A stretch of 32,000 nucleotides of DNA. Source: Candidatus Korarchaeum cryptofilum OPF8. Lineage in GTDB: Archaea > Korarchaeota > Korarchaeia > Korarchaeales > Korarchaeaceae. The stretch spans positions 480,001 to 512,000 of the forward strand of contig NC_010482.1 in NCBI RefSeq assembly GCF_000019605.1, written 5' to 3'. How positions within the stretch are numbered: the first letter of the stretch is position 1; each line of letters starts with the position of its first letter. The translations under genes and the position numbers were made by a program. Shown here piece by piece: positions 14,497 to 23,566 of this stretch. The notes under the pieces are model-generated. The model saw nothing but the letters and a program-made list of their open reading frames with translations, was not told where the DNA came from and searched no databases.

Positions 14497-15895
14497 GGAT
14501 TTCCTGAATAAACTGGAGGAAATTGGAGAGCTCAGGAGAGTTAAAGCTAGGGTTAGCGTGGATCTGGAGATAGCTGAGATATTGAGGAGGGTGGCTAGAG
14601 GAGGGCCCGCTTTACTTTTCGAGAACATAGAGGGTTTCGATGGGTGGAGGCTAGTGGGCAACATATTCTCGAAGGCTGAGAGGGTGAAGCTAGCCCTCAA
14701 CTGCGATCCGGAGGAGGCGGGGAGTAAGTTAGTGAGCATGATAAGGGCCCCTCCCCTCAGCCTCCCGGATAAAGTGAGGATGCTGAGCGATGTGATATCC
14801 CTGGGGAGGCACCTCCCGAAGCTGAGCGGTGCGGATTGGAAGAAGGGGAAGTGGGATAGAGTCGATCTCGAGAGGATACCAGCTATAAGGACATGGCCCA
14901 AGGATGCCTCGAGGTTCTTCACCTTCCCGATAGTGATAACTAAGGATCCTGAGACCGGAGTGCACCATCTAGGGGTCTACAGGATGCAGTTGATGGATAG
15001 CAAAACTACCGGGATGCACTGGCATGTGCATAAGAGAGGGGCAGCTTACATGAGGAAGCACAGCGGTAAAATGCCCGTAGCTGTCGCAGTTGGCGTCGAT
15101 CCAGCTCTAGCTTTCACTGCAGTTGCTCCAGTGCCCGAGGGGATAGACAGCTACGTTTTCGCTGGCATTATAACAGGAAGATCCTTTGAAGTGAGCAGAG
15201 GGGAGCTCACGGATCTGCTCATACCCTCCGATGCTGAGCTAGTTATAGAGGGCGAAGTCTCGGATGAAGTGAGGCTCGAGGGCCCCTTCGGGGATCACAT
15301 GGGTTACTACACTCCCCCCTCCCCCTTCCCCGTGTTCAGAGCTGGGGCTATTTACACGGTAGAGGATCCGATATTCCACGCGACAGTAGTGGGCTACCCC
15401 TGGCTGGAGGATTCCGTCATAGGGAAGGGGATAGAGAGGCTCTTCCTCCCTCTGGCCAGGATGATAATCCCAGAGCTTGTGGATATGAACATACCTGAGT
15501 ACGGGCTCTTCCACGGCCTAGCTATAATATCGATGAGGAAGCGGTACCCAGGCCAAGCGAGGAGCGCTGCCATGGGGCTCCTCGGGATAGGCCAGTTCTC
15601 CCTCACTAAGATAGTAGTGGTCGTTGATGAGGACGTGAACGTCCACGATATCAATGAGGTGATATACGCTATAGCTACTACAGTGGATCCGAGGAGGGAT
15701 GTTCAGATAATAGAGAACGCTGTGACAGATGAGCTAGATCACGCTAGCTCAACTCCGAGGCTGGGGAGCAAGATGATAATAGATGCCACTAGGAAGCTCA
15801 GGGAGGAGCTGGGCAGGGAGTGGCCCGAGAGTGTGGAGCCGGATCCCGAAGTCGCTAGGAGAGTTGATGAGAGGTGGAGGGAGTTTGGGATATAG
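14486..15895 (+). CDS. UbiD-family (prenylated-FMN-dependent) decarboxylase
   Basis: 469 aa. [50 protein letters not shown] is a canonical UbiD N-terminus. It overlaps the ATPase stop by 11 nt. The substrate cannot be read from the sequence; candidates are a quinone intermediate or anhydromevalonate phosphate. Confidence 0.8.
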   Translation: [469 protein letters not shown]

Positions 15896-15908
15896 GACTT
15901 ACTTGGAG

Positions 15909-16697
15909 ATGCTCAGGTTACCCCACACCCTCTTCAGCCTCCCCTTCGCTTACGTAGGAGCCTTAGCTGCTGGCCTCAGGGATCCCCTAGACGCTCTCAT
16001 GGTGGGAGTAGCTTTGTTCTCAGCCAGATCCGTGGCTATACTCTCAAATGATCTAGTGGACAGGGAGATAGATGCGCTAAATCCGAGGACAGCTAGCAGG
16101 CCCTTAGTGACTGGGGAAGCTGATCCATCGAAGGTATCCATGCTAATAGCTTTGTTCTCAGCTTTATTCGTGCTCTCAGCCCTTTACTTCAACTTCCTCT
16201 GCTTCCTCCTCTCCTTCCCCATACTCCTGGCTGAGCTCTCATATCCCTTCGCGAAGAGGATACACTGCTTCCCCCACTTCCACTTAGGAGCTGTACTAGG
16301 CGCCTCTCCCCTTGCAGGATTCATAGCTATCTCTAACAGTCTCAAGGGCCTACCCTGGAGCTACTCCATATCCCTAGCCCTATGGGTGGCCGGCTTCGAT
16401 ATAATATACTCGATGCAAGACGTGGATTTTGACAGGAAGTTCGGGATAAAATCAATTCCTTCATGCTTCGGGGAATCCTTCGCGCTTAACTCAGCCTCGG
16501 CATGCCATATCCTCTCCTTCCTATCTTTGCTGCCCTCCGTGAGGGGTCCCTACTCCCTGGCCTCCCTTATAGCATTCGGCGCTATCCTCCTGATCGAGAA
16601 CGCTGAGGCCAGGAGGGGGAAGTATAAGGAGGCCTTCGACCTTAACATAATATCAGGTCTCATCCTGGGGCTCGGATTCATGATAGACCTTATCTAA
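15909..16697 (+). CDS. UbiA-superfamily aromatic prenyltransferase
   Basis: The Asp-rich motifs are NDLVDREIDALNPRTASRPLVTG and YSMQDVDFDRKFGIKS, and it is polytopic. I prefer the ATG at 15909 (or TTG at 15903), just after the UbiD stop. The track's start at 15783 lies inside ubiD. Confidence 0.8.
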   Translation: MLRLPHTLFSLPFAYVGALAAGLRDPLDALMVGVALFSARSVAILSNDLVDREIDALNPRTASRPLVTGEADPSKVSMLIALFSALFVLSALYFNFLCFLLSFPILLAELSYPFAKRIHCFPHFHLGAVLGASPLAGFIAISNSLKGLPWSYSISLALWVAGFDIIYSMQDVDFDRKFGIKSIPSCFGESFALNSASACHILSFLSLLPSVRGPYSLASLIAFGAILLIENAEARRGKYKEAFDLNIISGLILGLGFMIDLI

Positions 16698-17429
16698 GGA
16701 ACCTGTCCTCAATATGCTTATCAGGGATTCCTCGGCCCATTTCTCCAGTTTCAAATCCTTTATCTTCCTAACTATACTCTCCACATCGTATTCGATCCTC
16801 CCTAACTTTATCTCCTCCCCTATGAGGGCGAAGGAAGCTCTGGGATCGCGATCCCTCGGCTGCCCCACGGAGCCCGGGTTCAGGATGAGGCTACTGAGCT
16901 CCCTCATCATAGCCCTGTGCGTATGGCCCAGTAGTACTAGATCGTGATCCAATTTCCTGGGGAAGGGGCTCATTGGGTCTAGATCGTAGAGCTCAGACTC
17001 GAGCTCCTCATCGCTCATATCGGGCATCACGTAACCGTATAAGTGATTCTTAGGAGAGGCGTGCACAGCATACACCCTCCTCCCATCTATCTCAAGCTCA
17101 ATTTTCTCAGGGAGATCAGCTAGGAACTTCAGATCTTCCTTAGAGAGGAGATTCATAGTGATTCTCTCCCTAGTGTACTCGCTCAGGGGCCTCAGCTCCT
17201 CAGCGCACCTGCAACTTATACCGTGAGCTGCCGCTGCATCGTGGTTCCCCTTCAGCATTATCGCCCCGACTTCCTTGAGCAAGTCCAGGGTCTCAGCTGG
17301 CTGAGGACCGTAATCGACGGAATCCCCCAGGAATATCACGCTCTCATATCTCAAGCTCTCAAGGACGCGAGCTAGGGCATCGTAATTAGCGTGGGCGTCC
17401 GAGATAACGAGGTACATCTTAGCGGACAT
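16653..17429 (-). CDS. Metallophosphoesterase (calcineurin-like, YfcE/MJ0936-type)
   Basis: It has ISDAHAN, FLGDSVDYGP, GNHD and GHTH in the canonical order. Its ATG overlaps the upstream EamA stop (TAATG). Its 3' end overlaps the convergent UbiA gene by 45 nt. Confidence 0.8.
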   Translation of the reverse strand: MSAKMYLVISDAHANYDALARVLESLRYESVIFLGDSVDYGPQPAETLDLLKEVGAIMLKGNHDAAAAHGISCRCAEELRPLSEYTRERITMNLLSKEDLKFLADLPEKIELEIDGRRVYAVHASPKNHLYGYVMPDMSDEELESELYDLDPMSPFPRKLDHDLVLLGHTHRAMMRELSSLILNPGSVGQPRDRDPRASFALIGEEIKLGRIEYDVESIVRKIKDLKLEKWAEESLISILRTGSLDKVYHESEPQDET

Positions 17430-18286
17430 TAAAGCTCACCTCTTAAGTTCATTATGAGGAGCCCGGTCATTATTAGACACATCCCCACTATATGCCTGAG
17501 CTCCAGCCTCTCCCCCAGGAAAGCGGTGCATAGCAGAGTAGCCGTCACTGGTATCAGTAGCGTGACCAGATTCGCATTCGTAGCTCCAGCCCTCTCCAGT
17601 ATCCTGAAGAATATGAGGTAAGCTAGGGCCGTTGAGAAAACGCTTATACCTATTATAGAGACCCAAGCCCTCTGCGAGGGCATAGCCAGCCATGGCCTCT
17701 CCAAAATCGCTAGTGGAATTGAGGTAGCTGCGGCAGTTGATAGCTGCCCGAAAGCTATGTCGAGAGGGGAGAGGCCCATGGAATAGAATCTCCTCCCGTA
17801 AACAGTGGCGTAAGAGTAGCATATGACAGCAGTTATTATAGCGAGCTCCCCTATCAAGCTGCCCTGCGCCGAGTCCCAGGCCATAGCCAGGACACCCGAG
17901 AAACCTAGGGAAATTCCCATCATACTGAATTTATTTATCTTCTCATCATCTGTCAGGAAGTGAGCGAAGATAGATGTGAAGAAGGGTGAGGTGGAGTTTA
18001 TTATAGAGGCAACGCTGCTGCTCACATACCTCTGCCCCCAGAGGATGAGAGCATACGGTATCGTGTTGTTAAGCACTCCCAGGATGAGGAGCTCCCTCCA
18101 GGGGAGGTTCTTGGGCCTCCTCGAAGCTAATATCCCTATAAGAAGGGAGGCTATGGTGAGGCGGGAGGCCGATATAGTTAGGGGTGGGAGCTCCTTGACC
18201 AGTATCCCCATGAATAGGAAGGAGGCCCCCCATAGCACTGAGAGGATTATGAGGAGGCCCCATTCCCCCGCTCCCATTCTATTCAT
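17429..18286 (-). CDS. EamA/DMT-family transporter
   Basis: About 10 TM helices. WGASFLFMGILVKELPPLTISASR is typical of an EamA repeat. I prefer Met18 (18286) because the track's start at 18337 overlaps the divergent MATE start. Confidence 0.7.
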   Translation of the reverse strand: MNRMGAGEWGLLIILSVLWGASFLFMGILVKELPPLTISASRLTIASLLIGILASRRPKNLPWRELLILGVLNNTIPYALILWGQRYVSSSVASIINSTSPFFTSIFAHFLTDDEKINKFSMMGISLGFSGVLAMAWDSAQGSLIGELAIITAVICYSYATVYGRRFYSMGLSPLDIAFGQLSTAAATSIPLAILERPWLAMPSQRAWVSIIGISVFSTALAYLIFFRILERAGATNANLVTLLIPVTATLLCTAFLGERLELRHIVGMCLIMTGLLIMNLRGEL

Positions 18287-18324
18287 GGGATCGCTTCCCC
18301 CCTGATAGATAAAAGGGTGATGGG

Positions 18325-19612
18325 ATGGAACTATCAAAATTCGCTTATATAACAGCTATAGGAACCCTGGCCGATTCCTTAATAAGTCTAATCAGCTTGA
18401 TAACTGTCTCAAAACTCTCAACTGTCGCAATAGCTGCTACTGGCATCGTCTCGTACCTCTTCTTCCTGATAAACGCCGCTTCAATGGTATTCACGGGCGG
18501 GTTGATGGTCCTGATATCGCAAGCGTTCGGGGCTAGGAAGCTGGAGCTCGCTGAGGAAGCTTCAGCAGAGACCCTCTCCCTGGCGATGGCTTCCTCCCTA
18601 ATAGCTCTGATCTCTATGCCAATGTGGCTCAAGCCCTATCTCGAATTGGTATCGATGGGTAACTCCGATATAGTATCGGAATCCTACATTTACGCTTCTA
18701 TGAGGCTCCTCTCCCTCCCGGCTATACTGATCAATTCCTCCCTCTCGGCCATCTACAGGGCTGGAGATGACGCTTACACTCCGACTATCTGCTCCTTAGT
18801 GAACGCATCCTCTGGGGCCATAATAATACCCTCCATGACCCTCGGCCTCTTCGGGCTCCCCAGAATGGGGCTGCTCGGAGCTGGGCTCGGCTCATCTATC
18901 TCGAGTTACCTCAGCGTCCTCGTATATGCGGTGAGACCCCCTCCCCTCAGGATAGGGATCAGGAGGCCCCGATCTCTAGCGGCTAAGGTTATATGGATAG
19001 GGGCTGCCCACGGCAGCTGAGAGGATAGTGGCTAGCATCTCTCAGAACGTTTACATAAATGCCGTTGCCAGGGGAGGGACTTCCGCTCTAGCTGCTCACA
19101 ACATAGGGATAACTGTGGAGAATGTGATAATACAGCCTAGCTTCGCGATAGGTATGACTGCCCTAGTTAAAGCGGGCCAGAGCTTGAGGTCCGAGGATGA
19201 AGTGAATGAGGTCCTTAGGAGGAGCTTGAGGATCGGTGCATCCTGGATGGGCTTAGCTTCCCTGCTGCTGGTAGCTGCCTCTCCATTCGCGGGAAGGGCT
19301 TTCTCATCGGACCCGGATGTAGTCAAGCTGACCTCCATATATCTGATACTAGCTGCGATGAGCGAGATAGGGCTCGGGATAAGTCAGGCTTTCTTCGGAG
19401 CGATAAGGGGTATGGGGAGTGTCTGGATCCCCTTCCTGATAAGCAGCATCTCCCTGATATTCCTAAGAGCCTTGCCGGCTCAGCTCCTCTCCATGAAGTA
19501 CGGGGCTATAGGGGCTTGGATGACCCAGAACACTGATATGTACGGGAGGGTAATGATATCTTACGCCATCTGGAGGTCATCTGGTAGGAGGTTGATGAAG
19601 AGGGTATTCTGA
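18325..19612 (+). pseudogene. MATE-family efflux transporter interrupted by a +1 frameshift in a GGGG run (19000-19003)
   Basis: ORFs 18325-19020 and 19028-19612 are the two halves of a MATE protein. Reading the second frame upstream gives TAG|GLPTAAERIVASISQ. Removing one G from the run atatggataGGGGctgccc joins …KVIWI to GLPTAAERIV, which is a conserved MATE helix. Confidence 0.7.
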
Positions 19613-19651
19613 TCTCCGAAATTTTATAATATTCCGATGTAGCAGGGGCGT

Positions 19652-19903
19652 ATGAGGAGGATCCCGGTACTGGAGAGCGGCGATATAAGGGTGGTGAGGG
19701 TGGAATCCGAGGGAGAGGATACGATACCCGAGCACACGCATGAGGCCGATGAGGTGGCTTACGTGGAGAGGGGGAGCGCTGAGATAACTGTAGAGGGGAA
19801 GGCGTTCCGCGTTGGTGAGGGTGAAGCGTTATTGATACCGAAGGGAGCTAAACACTGGGCTTCACTCAGAAATTGCACTCTAATAGCTTTTTACCACCCT
19901 TAA
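19652..19903 (+). CDS. Cupin-domain small protein
   Basis: 83 aa. IPEHTHEADEVAYVERGSAEITVEG…GEALLIPKGAKHW matches cupin motifs 1 and 2. TATA-like ATTTTATAATATT lies about 25 nt upstream. Confidence 0.7.
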   Translation: MRRIPVLESGDIRVVRVESEGEDTIPEHTHEADEVAYVERGSAEITVEGKAFRVGEGEALLIPKGAKHWASLRNCTLIAFYHP

Positions 19904-21027
19904 AATATCTTCTGAGGGTTCAGGAAGTGGAAGAACCACCTGACCATCTCCTTATCCTTCAGCCTCTCCAAGACCCTGGCTTCCACTTCGCTGACGTACT
20001 CATCAGTGAGCTTGGAGCTTAGGCTCACGGAGGAGTCTATGAGATCTATGGCCACAGGGAGCCCGGTGGCATCGCTGAACAGATCTTCCCCTACTTCCAA
20101 ATCTATCGATGGGTGCTCGAGCTCGCACACCGGTGTTGAAGCATGAGCCTTGACTTGAGCCCTCCTCAATGATCTGAAATCATCCAAATCCAGGCCGAGC
20201 TTCCTGAATGGCTCATAAGCCTTCTCCCTTGCTCTCTCCATCAGATCCTCCAGCATGCTCTTGCTGGCCAAGTAGGCAGCTTGAGTGTAGACGCTCACGT
20301 TCTCATCCCCTATCAACCTCTCGTACCTGAAGATAGTCCTGGGAGGCATTATAGCTGAAAGTATGAGCTTATCTATCACCGTTATGAGATCTTTAAGCTC
20401 CTCTATTGAGTTCAAGGCTATGAATCCTCCTATCGCCCTAGTGTGACTCCTCTTTATCACTCCTATGACCTTCTTACTCCTGCTCAGCTCCCTGGTCATC
20501 TCATATACCTCCCTGAATACTTCCTCCTCCCTCTCCCCGAACAGTCCCTGCTTCCTCATCCTCAGGACGGGATAGACGAAACTGTAGAAACTTCCGTCTA
20601 TGAATAGGAGATCGACATCATCCAATATCTCGAGAGCTATCTTCCTCTCAGCGTATACAGAGAGGAGATCGAAGAAGTACTTGCTTACCTCCTCTGAAAG
20701 TGCTTGCTTCCTCTTGAACTGTCCGGCTATGTACTTCTCACTTATCCTCCTCTTCCCCTCTATTATGAGGGCCCCCGCAGCTATGAGGCCATACCTAGCC
20801 CCCATCCTCTCGCTCAGCTTTGGGGATCGAGATCCGTCAACGGCCCCCACTCTAATGACCTTCCCCTCCCCCAGGGGCTCTATCAACCCTGAGATCAAGC
20901 TCTTAGCTGAATTCACGCTTTTCGCTAGCTTCTCTATGAGAGAGGAGATCTGAGAGGCCTCCTCCTCCGCCCTCTCGAGGAACGCAGCTAGGAGGGGGTG
21001 GGGTAAGCTGAGCCACTCGACTTCCAT
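19900..21027 (-). CDS. nurA: NurA-domain nuclease (paralog type, not in an mre11-rad50 context)
   Basis: 375 aa. It has VGAVDGSRS, LLFIDGSFYSF and VIGVIKRSHTR, which are NurA catalytic D/E/D and K-x-S type motifs in the canonical order. Its ATG overlaps the herA-like stop by 1 nt. Confidence 0.65.
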   Translation of the reverse strand: MEVEWLSLPHPLLAAFLERAEEEASQISSLIEKLAKSVNSAKSLISGLIEPLGEGKVIRVGAVDGSRSPKLSERMGARYGLIAAGALIIEGKRRISEKYIAGQFKRKQALSEEVSKYFFDLLSVYAERKIALEILDDVDLLFIDGSFYSFVYPVLRMRKQGLFGEREEEVFREVYEMTRELSRSKKVIGVIKRSHTRAIGGFIALNSIEELKDLITVIDKLILSAIMPPRTIFRYERLIGDENVSVYTQAAYLASKSMLEDLMERAREKAYEPFRKLGLDLDDFRSLRRAQVKAHASTPVCELEHPSIDLEVGEDLFSDATGLPVAIDLIDSSVSLSSKLTDEYVSEVEARVLERLKDKEMVRWFFHFLNPQKIF

Positions 21028-22439
21028 CAGCTCACCTCGAAAGTTATGAGAAGGGGGACCGGTGATGGGTTCATAGCTCCTGAGAAGTAAAATCTGCCCT
21101 CCTCGAGCGTCAAGAGGTAGTCAGGAGTTATTCCATATGGGCCAAGCCATTCCTTAGCTCCCCCCTCGCCAGCTGCATCCAAGGGGTGGAGCCTCCCGTA
21201 GAAATTCGTGTTCAAGTTCCTCCTTATCGCAGCGTTTATCCCTATCTCCCCAGCTATGCCCTGAGCTATGAGCGTTATGTTCAAGCGGTGCTTCCTCCCG
21301 AGGGCAGCTAAATTCTTTATCTCCTCAGTAGCCCTAAGCTGAATCCCATCTGGCCTATACGGGCAGTACTGAGGGGCCTCATCTATTATCAGGGCTATAT
21401 CCATCCTCTGGCCCCTCACCATCCTCCTCTTGAGCTCCTCAGCTAAGCTCAGGAACAAGCTGAGCTTAGCTTCATTTGAGAACCCGGACATATCTATGAT
21501 CGTTACCTGGCCCGAATCTATTATCTCGCTGACCCCGATCTCCCCCATGAAGGGCGATAGATCCTCAGGCCTTATCCTCCTGAATACCCTCTGAAAAGCC
21601 CTTTCAGCGGATCTCCTCCAATCATCCCTGCTTATTTTCCTCAAGCTCTCCTGAACGAATTTCTTGAGCTCCTCATATAGTTCAGATTCACTCCTCCCCC
21701 TAACGAATTCAGCCCATCCCTGAAGGAACTCCTCGAAAGCGCTCCTTATCGCTTCATTCCTGTAGAAGCCCTCAGTTATCCCGCTTATGTAATCTAGGAT
21801 TGAGGATTCATCAGAAGCTATCTCCCTCATGCTGATGCCCCCGAAGTGAGGGGCGTAATCCTCACCGCTCCAATCTAAGACTATAGCCCTGTAACCGTTC
21901 TGGACGTAGAAAGGTATAAGGACGTGCCTAGTGAAGTAGGACTTCCCGCTGCCAGTCGACCCGAAGACCCCGACGTGATATGGGATGTAGAAAGCATCAG
22001 CAGGAACGAGCCAATCCTTCCCCTCTACATGAGCCCTCATCCAGCTCAATTTCTTCGCAGATTTTGCTATGAAGAGCTCAAGAGGGTTCTCATCATCGAA
22101 GATATAGACCGGGGAGCCAGGGGCTATTATCTTCCTGTTCCCCCTCACCTTCCCATCGACCACTTCCCCTATTATTATGATATCGAATGAATAAACTTCT
22201 TTAGCTGCTGAAGGCTCCCCTCCATGCCTCAAATACGCCACTTCAGGCCTGTAGCTCGATCTACTCAGGAACTCATTCCTGCCGAGCCCTCTCCTCAGTA
22301 TCCCGAGGACATCACTCCCCCCGTTCTTTATCAGGACTAAGCTCTCGGCCCTCACTTCCCTCTCCAAGTCCTTCAGTAGGATGACGGAAGCCGAGGTATC
22401 TGAGGATCCATCTGCCACTCTCCCTATCAGCTTCATCAT
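21027..22439 (-). CDS. herA: HerA-like (DUF87/FtsK-HerA superfamily) hexameric ATPase
   Basis: 470 aa. The N-terminus is HAS-barrel-like (SLVLIKNGGSDVLGIL…IIIIGEVVDG). Walker A is GVFGSTGSGKSYF and Walker B is IALIIDEAPQY. Confidence 0.75.
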   Translation of the reverse strand: MMKLIGRVADGSSDTSASVILLKDLEREVRAESLVLIKNGGSDVLGILRRGLGRNEFLSRSSYRPEVAYLRHGGEPSAAKEVYSFDIIIIGEVVDGKVRGNRKIIAPGSPVYIFDDENPLELFIAKSAKKLSWMRAHVEGKDWLVPADAFYIPYHVGVFGSTGSGKSYFTRHVLIPFYVQNGYRAIVLDWSGEDYAPHFGGISMREIASDESSILDYISGITEGFYRNEAIRSAFEEFLQGWAEFVRGRSESELYEELKKFVQESLRKISRDDWRRSAERAFQRVFRRIRPEDLSPFMGEIGVSEIIDSGQVTIIDMSGFSNEAKLSLFLSLAEELKRRMVRGQRMDIALIIDEAPQYCPYRPDGIQLRATEEIKNLAALGRKHRLNITLIAQGIAGEIGINAAIRRNLNTNFYGRLHPLDAAGEGGAKEWLGPYGITPDYLLTLEEGRFYFSGAMNPSPVPLLITFEVS

Positions 22440-22454
22440 GCCAAATCGAAACGC

Positions 22455-22466
22455 AAGTTTAAAGAG
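22455..22466. promoter_or_regulatory. Palindromic TTTAAA TATA-like element shared by the divergent herA-like and CPBP genes (47-bp intergenic region)
   Basis: In aaGTTTAAAGag, TTTAAA (22458-22463) lies 19-24 nt from the herA ATG (22439) and 24-29 nt from the CPBP ATG (22487). No other A/T-rich box is present in the spacer. Confidence 0.4.
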
Positions 22467-22486
22467 TTTCCCATGCCCGATGACTT

Positions 22487-23359
22487 ATGAGGGGCCTCAT
22501 AACATTCTTGCTAGTATCCTTCTGCTCAGCTTTCCTCCTGGACTTAGCGTTCTACTCATACTCCCAGGGGTTGAATCAGCTCTTCCTCAGCCTTCTCTTA
22601 ACGCTCTGGGGATTTTTGAGGATGTATACACCGACTTTGGGGGCGATAGTAGCTCTAATAGTATCCAGGGAGAATTTGAGAGCTATAGAGAGCTACATAA
22701 ACTTCAGTTGGAGGTCCCTCAAGTACTTCCTGCTCGCTCCTCTGTACGCTTACTTCAGCTCAGCTTTATTCCTCCTGCTAGCTCATGCGATGGGCCTTCT
22801 AGATATAGATGGCCTCTTGCAGCTTATATCCAGCAGCTCCGGGGTTACGAAGGAACTCGCTAGCGTGATATTGATGATGCAAGTGATAATAGCATACCCA
22901 GCGGCCCTAACGATAAACTCTATCGCAGCCCTAGGGGAGGAGATAGGGTGGAGGGGCTACTTGTTCAGGCAGCTGGGTGGTAATTTCGTGTTGAAGAACA
23001 TCTTATTAGTCGGTACGATCTGGGGCCTCTGGCACTCAACAGCGATAGCCATTCTTGGCCATAATTACCCGCTACTCAGGGCCTCGGGAATACCCCTCTT
23101 CATCCTCTTCTGCATCTCATCGAGCATAGCGATGCTGAAGCTCACGGAGGCTAGTGGAAGCATCCTCCCATCCGTATCCCTGCATGGGGGCTTGAATGCT
23201 CTCTGGGGATTGGCTGCTTACTCCACTAAGTTCAGAGGTGTTGAGAATGAGTTATACGGGGGCCTCGGTGTTCTGGGAATAATATCTCTCTTCATAGCTT
23301 CAGTTTCAACTGTAGCGATACTGAAGAAATATGAAGCTCGTGCGAAGGCTAAGGGTTGA
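22487..23359 (+). CDS. CPBP (CAAX/Abi, PF02517-type) intramembrane glutamic metalloprotease
   Basis: 290 aa and polytopic. Motif 1 is LGEEIGWRGYLF (EExxxR), motif 2 is WGLWH, and a later histidine lies in SVSLHGGLN. Confidence 0.8.
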   Translation: MRGLITFLLVSFCSAFLLDLAFYSYSQGLNQLFLSLLLTLWGFLRMYTPTLGAIVALIVSRENLRAIESYINFSWRSLKYFLLAPLYAYFSSALFLLLAHAMGLLDIDGLLQLISSSSGVTKELASVILMMQVIIAYPAALTINSIAALGEEIGWRGYLFRQLGGNFVLKNILLVGTIWGLWHSTAIAILGHNYPLLRASGIPLFILFCISSSIAMLKLTEASGSILPSVSLHGGLNALWGLAAYSTKFRGVENELYGGLGVLGIISLFIASVSTVAILKKYEARAKAKG

Positions 23360-23566
23360 GAGCTATTCATTTGGGGGCTACACTCCCCAGTGATGAGTTA
23401 ATCCTCTCTCATTTTTCCAATTTAGGAGGGCATCCCCGCTAATATCTTGGACGCTGTTCGAAAATGGCCCTCTCGGATTCCCTTTAAGATGTAGTGGATC
23501 TTATTGTAGGGAGTGCGAAAGTCCCGAAATTTTAATATATAATGCTCCATCTAACGGGGGGTAATC

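Noticed and set aside
15783-15908. Upstream extension of the UbiA ORF overlapping ubiD
   Set aside because: It lies inside the well-supported UbiD frame. The UbiA-family N-terminus (LRLPHTLFSLPFA) starts right after the ATG at 15909.
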